Source: Acidobacteriota bacterium
Lineage (GTDB): Bacteria > Acidobacteriota > UBA6911 > RPQK01 > JAJDTT01
NCBI GenBank assembly: GCA_965217775.1
Contig: CBDCJH010000002.1
Span: 2,336,001 to 2,400,000, forward strand
DNA length: 64,000 nucleotides
Direction: 5' to 3'
A model generated the notes under the pieces. The model saw only the letters and a program-made list of their open reading frames with translations, was not told the DNA's origin and did no database searches. Made by a program: the position numbers and the translations under genes. This document shows positions 20,277-29,264 of this stretch, piece after piece (the stretch's first letter is position 1; the number at the start of each line of letters is the position of its first letter).

Positions 20277-20480
20277 CGTCAAGGTGACCCACTGACGATG
20301 GCGGCGGTCGGGAAATCGTGACCCACCCCAATCAGGCCTTGGTTCCAGGCTGTTGGTGAGCAGTGAACAGTCAGAACCGACGTCGGAAGCTGATTGGGAT
20401 GGACCAGGACGCGATTATCAGAACGGCCCATCGAGTGCATGGCAAGAGTATCCGTCAGATGCAGCGGGAGGCGGGTTCGA
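20277..20480 (+). mobile_element. IS21-family left-end remnant with istA 5' fragment
   Basis: GTGACCCAC repeated at 20284-20292 and 20318-20326; from 20399 the frame reads MDQDAIIRTAHRVHGKSIRQMQREAG, resembling the IstA N-terminal HTH, then breaks off. Confidence 0.55.
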
Positions 20481-20825
20481 TCCGGTCGTGTGGATAGCCG
20501 GGTCAGTTCAAGTGAAGTCCGCACCGAAGCCGGGAGCTGCAGCTACGACATCCTCGATCCGCCCTGCCACCAATTCCTCAAGGGGACGCGCGACACGGTC
20601 GGAAAAAGGCCATTCCTGGGTCAAAAATTCCCAAGCTAATTCGGGGTCATTATGTCAGCCGTTCCCCGCACTCGATACCGTCGGGATCGGTCGCGGCCAA
20701 AAAGGCAGGAGACGCACTTTTCGCGTAGGGAGGCCTATTCCTCGCAGGCCGTGAGAATCGTCTGAGGAACCACCCGCAAACCTACTGGCTCGGGACTCGT
20801 ATCGCCGGGCTTTGTTGGAGACGCC

Positions 20826-22583
20826 TCAATCCCCCGACTTCGCCGGGGCGTCCGCTTCGACGCGCACCGTGACCACATCGGTGTCGTGGTACTGCCGGTG
20901 GCGCACCGAGCTGGCGTAGTGGCGGAGCAGCCGGAGCGAGAACTCCCGGTCGACGGATCGTCTCGCCCATTGACCCATGAGCGCCAGCCGGTCCTCGAGA
21001 TTCCCGTCCACGGCCGAGGCGATGAACTCCAACTCCACTCCCCGGCCGTCCCCCCGGACCAGGAGCAACAGGTGCCGGGCCTCTTCCTCCTCCGACGCCT
21101 CCTCATCCGGAATCAGGCTCAGGACCGATTCCTCCGCCGCGGCCCGGAGCCGTTCCGTCGACGCCTCGTTCCAACCCTTGTCTTCGGCGAACCTGCAGAC
21201 GAACCCGTCGATCTCCGGCAGCGACTCGACGCTGAGCATGGCCTTGACTCGCCGCCGCCGCGGCTTGGCCAGATCCAGAGCCACCGTCATCACGATCGCG
21301 GCCAATCCGCCGGCCGCCATTCCGTTCCCCAGGATGGTCGCCAACGTCCCGCCCATGTAGTCCGCAAAGATCTGCTGGTTCTGAAAACCGACCCCCAGCC
21401 AGAAGGACAGGCCGACCACCACGCTCTTGCGGCTGTCGAGGCCGTCCTGTGCCACGATCCTCATACCCAGCACGAACAGGATGGCCATCAGGACCAGGAT
21501 GTAGGCCGCGACGACCGGGTCCGGAATCGCCAGGATCGCCGCCGTCACTTTGGGGAGGAAGGCGAAAGAGAAGAACAGGATTCCGATGCAGACCCCGACG
21601 GAGCGCGCGGCGACGCCGGTGAGTTCGGTGACCGCGACGCTGGAGGAGTAGGTCGTATTGGGCACGGTCCCCATCAGACCCGACAGGAGGTTGCCCACGC
21701 CGTCGGCTCCAACCGCTCCCTGTACCGCGCGAAAGTCCGTCGCCCGCGGCCTCCGCCAGGAGATCTGCTGGATCCCGATGGCATCGCCGACGGTCTCGAT
21801 GGCGCCCACTACGGTCACCAGAACGAAGACCGGGAGCAAGGTCCAGAACGAGGCACCGAACGTCAGGTCGAGGCCAGGCCAGCCGCTTGTGGGTATTCCG
21901 AACCAAGGAGCGTCGGCAACTCGGGCGACGTCGTAGAGGCCGTAAAAAGAGGCGACGACACACCCCGCGGTAACGCCCAGAACGGGCGCCCAGAGCCGCA
22001 AGCTCCCCTTGGCGAAGAGGGCGAGACCCGCCGTAAAGACGAGCGTCGCCGCCGCGCTGGTCGGAGCACCAGAGGCCGCCCCTTCCGCCGCGTTGGCCAC
22101 CAGGTTGAAGGCGATGGGCATGATGGTCACCGAGATCAACATGATCACGGTCCCCGCCACCAAGGGGGTGATCACCCTCCGGAGCAACGACAGATGGGAC
22201 GCCAGAACGAATTGGAACAGGGACGAGATGACGACCAGCGTCGCCAGGAGTCCGGGTCCCCCTTCCGTCAGCGCCGTCACCGACACGGCGATAAAGACGC
22301 CGGACGTTCCCATCAGGAGGACGTAGCCGGAACCGAACCTTCCGACGCGGACGGCTTGGAGGATGGTGGACAAGCCGCAGACGCAGAGCGCCGCGAACAC
22401 CGCCCAGGTCATGTAGATCTCCTCGCCGCCGGCCGCGCGGACGATGATCGCCGGGGTCAGGACGATTCCGCCGATGCTGAGCAGGACAAGCTGAAATCCG
22501 AGTCCCAGGGAGAGCAGGTTCGGCGGCCTCTCGTTGGGTTCGTAACGAATTTCTTTCTGAAGGGCTGGAGCGGATGTTTTCAT
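20826..22583 (-). CDS. NCS2 (xanthine/uracil) permease with C-terminal degenerate RsbW/HATPase-like domain
   Basis: YEPNERPP, STILQ...GSGY, ITPLVAGTVI, ETVGD, ADGVGN, PNTTYS, IPDPV; soluble tail of about 145 aa. Confidence 0.85.
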   Translation of the reverse strand: MKTSAPALQKEIRYEPNERPPNLLSLGLGFQLVLLSIGGIVLTPAIIVRAAGGEEIYMTWAVFAALCVCGLSTILQAVRVGRFGSGYVLLMGTSGVFIAVSVTALTEGGPGLLATLVVISSLFQFVLASHLSLLRRVITPLVAGTVIMLISVTIMPIAFNLVANAAEGAASGAPTSAAATLVFTAGLALFAKGSLRLWAPVLGVTAGCVVASFYGLYDVARVADAPWFGIPTSGWPGLDLTFGASFWTLLPVFVLVTVVGAIETVGDAIGIQQISWRRPRATDFRAVQGAVGADGVGNLLSGLMGTVPNTTYSSSVAVTELTGVAARSVGVCIGILFFSFAFLPKVTAAILAIPDPVVAAYILVLMAILFVLGMRIVAQDGLDSRKSVVVGLSFWLGVGFQNQQIFADYMGGTLATILGNGMAAGGLAAIVMTVALDLAKPRRRRVKAMLSVESLPEIDGFVCRFAEDKGWNEASTERLRAAAEESVLSLIPDEEASEEEEARHLLLLVRGDGRGVELEFIASAVDGNLEDRLALMGQWARRSVDREFSLRLLRHYASSVRHRQYHDTDVVTVRVEADAPAKSGD

Positions 22584-22591
22584 AATTCAAT

Positions 22592-23856
22592 GGGGCTTAT
22601 ATACCTAAGTGCCCTTGGCATACAGTTCTGGCACCACGCTTTCCCCAACGAGATACGTTCCGGTACCCAGGGCAAGAACCCCAGCCCTGAGAATGTTCAG
22701 GGCGGCATTGTGGTCCCTGTCCATTCTAAGTCCGCAGGCCCTGCACCGGAAGGTTTCGCTCCGCCCTGGATCGTGGCGGGCGCCGCACCGGTGGCAGTCC
22801 TGCGATGTAAATGCGGGATTCACTTCTACGAACTTCCGACCGGCCCATTCTGCCTTGTACTGGATTTGATTCCGCAGAAGCCCCCAGGATTGCGTCAGTA
22901 TTTCTCGATTCAGCCCCTTCTTCTTCGAGCCCTTCGTTACCATCCCTTGGATGTTCAGCTTCTCCACAGCGATCAGACCGTGCTCACGAATGATCCTGCT
23001 GGAGAGACGATGGCAGGCATTACGGTTTCGGACCGATTCCCGGTGACGGAGCCGAGATAGCTGTACGATCCGCTTCCGTCTGGTCTTGGAAATCTTCTTG
23101 CACCTGGAGACCTTTCTCTGCTGCTTTCGGATCCCCGCCCAGTCCCGTCTATTCCGTTCGATCCTCTCACCCGTGGACAGCACCGCTCGCTTGCGGACTC
23201 CCAGGTCGATCCCTACCGAAGACTCGCATTTCGGTAGCGGCGGCTTCTCCACCTCGTACGTCAGGTCCACATACACCCGGTTCGGCTTGCGGACAATCCG
23301 CAACGCCTTCAACGGGCATCCGTCCGGCAACAGCCGGGACGGAAATATCCGGATCGTCGGGAAGCCCTTGGGCCGGATGGCGTAGCCCCGAGCGCGCTTC
23401 TTCACCATGGTCGCTTTGGGGTCGACGACGGCTTCTCCCCCGCCTTGCAGCGACGATGGTCTCCATCCGCCTCGCAATGGGCCGGTCAACCCCTTCATCT
23501 GATCGAGGATACCCCGGCTTCTCCCCCGCCTTGCAGCGACGGAAGAACGCCTTGAAGGCCCGGTCCAACCGCATCAACATCCCACGCTCCGCCTTGACCG
23601 CCACCGACCCGAGCCCCTCCGGATCGTCCTTCCTCTGGGAGGCTGATCGTACAGGGTCACGCCGCGTTGCTCGGATTCCCAGGCCGTCCTGCGTTCCTCC
23701 AGTGCAGCCAGCCGATTCAGGATGGACCTCACCCCGTCCAACCGCCGGATTCCACCCTTGGACAGCTTGGCTCGGCACTGGATAGTTGCGTGGACTTTCA
23801 TGGTAGGAATTGTAACCTATCAGCCTGAATTCTCGGCACTTACGTATATAATTCCC
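22592..23856 (-). mobile_element. Non-autonomous TIR element (IS1595-like ends) carrying only tnpB
   Basis: 22-bp TIRs GGGGCTTATATACCTAAGTGCC (22592-22613) and reverse complement GGGAATTATATACGTAAGTGCC (23835-23856), 19/22 identical; exact 8-bp flanking duplication AATTCAAT at 22584-22591 and 23857-23864. Confidence 0.8.
22605..23801 (-). pseudogene. tnpB: TnpB RNA-guided endonuclease, frameshifted in the N-terminal third
   Basis: Split over three frames: AALEERRTAW / LDRAFKAFFRRCKAGEKPGYPR / VGIDLG, IAVEKL, YKAEWAG, VNPAFTSQDCHRC, CRAC, DRDHNAALNI. RuvC D-E-D and the zinc finger are intact. Confidence 0.9.
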
Positions 23857-23947
23857 AATTCAATCCCTGTTTGTCACAACCTGGCGTTGCCGGTTCGTTT
23901 CCGAAAAGGGAGCCGGCCGAGTCCTTGGCGGCCCGTCAATCTGCGAG

Positions 23948-25699
23948 TCATGCCGCCGTGTCCGCGTCCACACGGATCGTGACCACATCGGTGTCGTGAT
24001 ACTGCCGGTGAGTCACTGACGTGGCGTAGTGGCCCAGCAGCCGGAGCGAGAACTCGCGATCGCTCGACTGTTTCGCCCACTGTCCCAACAGCGCCAGCCA
24101 ATCCTTGAGATTATCCTCCCCGGCCGCGGCGATGAACTCCAACTCCGCTTTCCGGCCATCACCTCCCAACGACAGAACCAGGTTCCTCGCACCTTCCGGC
24201 TCCGAACCCGGCTCGTCCGGAACCAGGCTCAAGATGGCTTCCTCCGTCGCCGCCCGAAGCCGTTCCGTCGAAGTCGCGTTCCATCGCTTCTGTTCGGCGA
24301 ACCGCCGAACGAACTCGTCGATCTCCGGCAACGACTCCACTCCCAGCTTGGTCTTGATTTTCCCTCGCCCTGGCTTGGACAGTTCCAGGGCGACGGCCAT
24401 CACGATCGCGGCCAATCCACCGGCTGCGATCCCGTTTTCCAGGATCGACGCCACCGCGTCTCCCAGATGATCCGAGAAGATCTGCCGGTTCTGGAAACCG
24501 ACCCCCAACCAGAACGCGACGCCGACCACGATGCTCTTGCGGCTGTCCAGCCCGTCCCGGACCACGATCCGAGTTCCCACCACGAACAGGAGCGAGATGA
24601 GGACGATGATGTAGCCTGCAACCACCGAATTGGGAATCGCCAGGATCACCGCCGTCGCTTTGGGGAAAAACGAGAAGACGATGATCAGGATCCCGACGCA
24701 GACCCCCACGTTGCGGGCGGCCACACCCGTGAGCGCGGCCACCGAGATGCTGGAGGAGTAGGTCGTATTGGGCAACGTTCCCACCAGACCGGAGAGAAGG
24801 TTGGCCAAGCCGCTTGCCCCAATGGTGCCCTGCACCGATCGAAAATCGGTCGCCCGCGGCTGCCGCCAGGAAACCTGCTGGATGCTGATGGAGCCGCCGA
24901 TGGTCCTCACGGTATCGATGGCCACCACGAGTACGAAAACCGGCAGCAACGCCCAAAATAACGAGCCGAAACTCAGGTCGAATCCAGGCCAGCCGCTTGC
25001 GGACAGCCCGAACCAAGGGGCGGCAGCAACTCGGGCGGTGTCGTAGATCCCATAGAACCCCGCTACGGTGCAACCCGCGATCACGCCCAGAACCGGCCCC
25101 CAGAGCCGCCATGCGCCCGTCGCGAAGAGCGCAAGACCCGCCATCGAGACGAGAGTCACTCCGAAGCTGGCGGGGGCGGCAGCCGGCGGGGCCCCTGCCG
25201 GCGGCTTGGCCAACATGTTGAAGGCGATGGGCATGATCGTGACCGCCACCAGCATGATGACCGTCCCCGCCACCAACGGTGTGATCACCCGGCGAAGCAG
25301 CACCAGACGCGATCCCAACAGGAACTGGAACAGGGACGAGACCACGATCAAGGTGGCCAACAGAGCGGGCCACCCTCCCTCCGTCAAAGCCGTGATCGAC
25401 ACGGCCACGAAGGTGCCGGAGGTCCCCATCAGGAGAATGTAGCCCGCTCCCATCCTTCCGATACGAATCGACTGGAGAATGGTGATCAGACCGCAGACGC
25501 AGAGTCCGGCGAACACGGCTCAGGAGAGGTAGATCTCACCGGTGCCTGCGGCTTCGATGATGATCTTCGGGATCAGCACGATTCCGCTGATATTCAGTAT
25601 CACGAGCTGAAGGGCGAGTCCCAAGGAGAGCAGGTGCGGAGGCTTCTCGGGAGGTTCGTAGCGAACGCCCGTCCGAGGGGGCGGTCCGGAGCGTTTCAT
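23948..25699 (-). pseudogene. Second NCS2 permease with RsbW-like tail, interrupted by an in-frame TGA at codon 60
   Basis: ATG at 25699 reads MKRSGP...YEPPEKPP...EIYLS*AVFAGL; TGA at 25520-25522 aligns with Trp in the paralog (IYMTWAVFAAL). Confidence 0.8.
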
Positions 25700-25899
25700 C
25701 TGGCGGTTTTTATACCGCAGGCACGGCGGGGCCGCCAGCCGGATTGCCTCGATGAACCTTCCGCCGCAGTCGGGACATGTGACTGAAATCGACGTTGGGA
25801 GTTCAGTGGAGCTGCCGGGCGACCAACGCTGCCGACCGAAATGCCGTGCCAGTCAAGTACCGAAGCGACTCGTGCCACGCGCCGAAGAAAGTGATCCGT

Positions 25900-27090
25900 T
25901 CAGGGGGCCTTGCGCTGGAGCCATCCAAAAGTCGGTTCAGATCTGACCCGGACCCATTCCCCTCCCCATAGCCGGTCCAGAAAGTCGGACCAGGGAAGGA
26001 TCAAAATCCCGTCCACGACCCTGGGTGCCGGCTCCATCGAGACCAGCAGGAAGTGGCTGAACAAGTTCTCCTCTCTCAAGGCTCGCAATCCTTTGAGGTC
26101 TCGCGCGCTCACGTTCTTCTTTGCCTTCGTCTCGACCGCGAGATCCTCGAAAACAAAATCCACCTCGAATTGCGATTTCGATCGCCAGTAACGGGGCGTG
26201 TCGAGCCGATGGTAGTCACAGAAGGCCTTGATCTCCTGGAAAATGTAGCTTTCGAACGCGCTGCCGTATTCGGCGGTTCCCGGCGCCAATCCCCGCCGGC
26301 CCTGCAGATGACGGGCGAGTCCGACGTCGAAAAGATAATACTTCGAGGTGGAGATCGCCTTGCGTTTCCGGCTCTCGCTCAACGCCGGAACCTCGTGGGC
26401 AATGAACGTGTCCTTCAGGATCTCATAGTATTCCCGCACGGTGGACCTGGGCACTTGAGAATCGTTGGCCATGGAGGAGAAATTGATCATCTCTCCATGC
26501 GCGTGCCCCGCCGTTTCCAGAAACCGGCTGAAGGCGCCGATGTTCCTGACGATCGCCTCGGCTGCGACCTCCTCCTTCAGATAGTCGCCCACATACGCGG
26601 CCAGGTCCTCAGTGGGAGAATCGGAAAAATAGATCGGCGGCAGGAGACCGTACTCCAGGGTTCGGTCCAGATCGAACCACTCACCGAGTTCAATCCGGAC
26701 GAACGGATGCAAAGCCCGCGATCGGGCGCGGCCGCCCAGGAGATTGACGCCCTTCCGGCGCAGACTCCGGGCGCTCGATCCGGTGAGAAGGAACCGAACA
26801 CCGGATTCCTGAATCATGAGTTGCACCTCGTTGAGCAATTGGGGCATTTTCTGGATTTCGTCGATGACGACGATGGAGGTGTCGTCGGTGAGTTCCTGCC
26901 GGATCAGCGCGGGATTGCGCGACAGACGGACGAACAGAATCTGGTCGAGCAAGCTGTAAGTGGGATAGCCGGCGAGCTGCTGACGAATCAGCGTGGTCTT
27001 GCCGGTCTGACGCGGACCGAACAGAAAACAGGAGCGGTGCTCCAGAATGTCCATCACTTTCAGGTAACGAGGAACCAGGGGATGGCTCAT
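25900..27090 (-). CDS. AAA+ ATPase (AAA_14 / DUF4143 family)
   Basis: FGPRQTGKT, IDEIQK, LTGSSA, LLGGRA, KYYLFDVG, FESY, YWR...EVDF...ETK (PD-(D/E)xK-like tail). Confidence 0.85.
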   Translation of the reverse strand: MSHPLVPRYLKVMDILEHRSCFLFGPRQTGKTTLIRQQLAGYPTYSLLDQILFVRLSRNPALIRQELTDDTSIVVIDEIQKMPQLLNEVQLMIQESGVRFLLTGSSARSLRRKGVNLLGGRARSRALHPFVRIELGEWFDLDRTLEYGLLPPIYFSDSPTEDLAAYVGDYLKEEVAAEAIVRNIGAFSRFLETAGHAHGEMINFSSMANDSQVPRSTVREYYEILKDTFIAHEVPALSESRKRKAISTSKYYLFDVGLARHLQGRRGLAPGTAEYGSAFESYIFQEIKAFCDYHRLDTPRYWRSKSQFEVDFVFEDLAVETKAKKNVSARDLKGLRALREENLFSHFLLVSMEPAPRVVDGILILPWSDFLDRLWGGEWVRVRSEPTFGWLQRKAP

Positions 27091-27337
27091 ATTTTCCAGA
27101 CAATTGACAATTGTTTCGTCAATTATCATGACAATTAACGACAGACATGTCAATTGTCACAATCATCTCTCGACCAACAGCAGGAAACTAAAACGCTGCC
27201 TCCAAGCTGCCAGAATGCAGTAATCAATAAGTCTTGGCTTTTGTTTTCTTGACTTCCCTCTCTGCCCGCTGCTATGAGGAACGGATGTTGACGGCACGAT
27301 TTTTTCCCACTTTCCGGCTTGGCCTTCTCGTCACCGG

Positions 27338-29137
27338 GAATGGATCTCCTACGGCGGGGACCCGGGAGGGATGCAGTACTCCTCCCTGGGCCAGATCAAC
27401 CGCGAGAACGTCGGCCGCCTGAAGGAAGCCTGGGTCTACGACACGGGTGATTTCAGCGACGGCTCCGAGTTGCCCACCTTCTCCTCCTTCCAGGCCACGC
27501 CCTTGATGATTGACGGCGTCCTCTATGTCTCCACCGTCTTTCATCGCCTCCTGGCCCTCGATCCCGACACCGGAAAGAAGCTCTGGGAGTTCGATCCCAA
27601 GTTCGACCGCAACGAGCGGGTGAACATGTACAAGAGCCGCGGCATCGCCTACTGGACCGACGGAAAGGCCAAACGGATCTTTCTGGGGGACCAGTTGGGG
27701 CGCCTCTTCTCCGTGGACACCACCACCGGAAAGGCCGACTCGGCCTTCGGGACCGCGGGGATGGTGGACCTGAAGCAAGGGATGATGGGCGACTACGGTC
27801 ATCTCCGCTTCGGATTGGGGTCACCGGTGGCCCCCTGCGGCAACGTGCTGGTGGCGGGAAGCTGGGTCAGCGACGGCGAACCCCAGGGACCGAGCGGCGA
27901 CATCCAGGCCGTCGACGCCCGGACCGGGCGCCGGGTCTGGCGCTTCCACTCCATTCCCCGTCCGGGAGAATTCGGCCACGACACCTGGGAGGGAGACTCG
28001 TGGAAGGACCGGTCGGGTGTCAACGCCTGGTCCAACCTGAGCGTGGACGAAGAACGGCAGATGGTTTTCGTCCCCCTCACCTCCCCCGGCACCGACTTCT
28101 ACGGAGGGGACCGCAGAGGGGACAACCTCTTCAGCGACGCCATCGTGGCCCTGGACTGCCGCACCGGAAAGCGGGTCTGGCATTTCCAGACCATCCACCA
28201 TGACCTCTGGGACTGGGACCTGCCCTCGCAGCCGTCCCTGGTCACCGTGCGGCGCGACGGCAAGGCGGTTCCGGCAGTGGCCCAAACCACCAAGACCGGG
28301 TTCGTCTTCCTGCTCCATCGGGAAACGGGGAAGCCCCTCTTCGAAGTCCGGGAGCAGCCGGTGCCCCAGGGGAACATTCCCGGCGAGTACTACTCCCCCA
28401 CCCAACCCGTCCCGGTCAAGCCGCCGCCCTTTGCCCGCCAAGCCATGACCCGGGAGGAGATCACCGATGTCACTCCCGAGTCCCGGGCCGAGTGCCTGGA
28501 AATGGTCAAGGACGCCTATGTGGAGGGCCCCCTCTTTCGGCCCATAGGACTGCGGCTGACCGTCATGTTTCCGGGGACCAACGGCGGCTCCAACTGGGGC
28601 GGCGCGGCGTTCGACCCCGAGTCGCAGGTGCTCTACATCAACTCCATGGACGTGGGCGCCATCGTCCGGATGGTGAGCCGGCCCGAGGGATCCAAGGTCC
28701 CCTTCCGGGCCCGAGGCACCAAGTATGGGCGCTTCTGGGATTCCAATCAGTACCCCTGCCAGAAGCCGCCGTGGGGTTCGTTGACCGCCATCGACCTGAA
28801 CACGGGCGAGTTCCGTTGGCAGTCCATCCTGGGCGAATTCGACGAGCTGACGCGGCGAGGCGTCCCCAAGACCGGGACCCCCAGCCTGGGCGGCCCCATC
28901 GTGACGGCCGGCGGACTGGTCTTCATCGCCGCCACCAACGACAGCCGGTTCCGCGCCTTCGACAAAAAGTCGGGGGAGGAGATCTGGGTCCGGCGGCTGC
29001 CGGCCAGCGGCCACGCCACCCCCATGACCTATCTGGGACCCAAGACCGGCAAGCAGTTCGTCGTCATCGCGGCGGGCGGGGGAAACAAGTACAACAAGGT
29101 CTTCGGCGGCAAGCTCGTTGCCTTTGCCCTGCCGTGA
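27338..29137 (+). CDS. PQQ-dependent dehydrogenase (quinoprotein glucose dehydrogenase family); N-terminus uncertain
   Basis: EWISYGGDPGG.QYSSLGQIN, FQATPL, RGIAYW, HHDLWDWD, GGSNWGG, PCQKPPWG, GGPIVTAGGL, ATPMTY. Homology starts upstream of the first in-frame ATG (27371). Confidence 0.85.
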   Translation, partial: EWISYGGDPGGMQYSSLGQINRENVGRLKEAWVYDTGDFSDGSELPTFSSFQATPLMIDGVLYVSTVFHRLLALDPDTGKKLWEFDPKFDRNERVNMYKSRGIAYWTDGKAKRIFLGDQLGRLFSVDTTTGKADSAFGTAGMVDLKQGMMGDYGHLRFGLGSPVAPCGNVLVAGSWVSDGEPQGPSGDIQAVDARTGRRVWRFHSIPRPGEFGHDTWEGDSWKDRSGVNAWSNLSVDEERQMVFVPLTSPGTDFYGGDRRGDNLFSDAIVALDCRTGKRVWHFQTIHHDLWDWDLPSQPSLVTVRRDGKAVPAVAQTTKTGFVFLLHRETGKPLFEVREQPVPQGNIPGEYYSPTQPVPVKPPPFARQAMTREEITDVTPESRAECLEMVKDAYVEGPLFRPIGLRLTVMFPGTNGGSNWGGAAFDPESQVLYINSMDVGAIVRMVSRPEGSKVPFRARGTKYGRFWDSNQYPCQKPPWGSLTAIDLNTGEFRWQSILGEFDELTRRGVPKTGTPSLGGPIVTAGGLVFIAATNDSRFRAFDKKSGEEIWVRRLPASGHATPMTYLGPKTGKQFVVIAAGGGNKYNKVFGGKLVAFALP

Positions 29138-29264
29138 ACGGGGATTCGGGACTATAGAAAATAGTCCCATCGCGTTCTTTATATCCCACGATTCGGACCT
29201 CCAACCCCGCGTACGCACAGGCAATCAGAGTCGGCGGCTGGAAGCCGCCGCTCCCGGCCCGGTC

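Noticed and set aside
23835-23856. dif/Xer-like site (TTATATACGTAAGT)
   Set aside because: No 11-6-11 XerC/XerD arrangement; better explained as one of a TIR pair with an 8-bp TSD.
25520-25522. TGA-as-Trp recoding or an alternative genetic code
   Set aside because: TGA terminates many genes here and TGG is used normally; other pseudogenes carry TAA or TAG, so a simple nonsense mutation is more likely.
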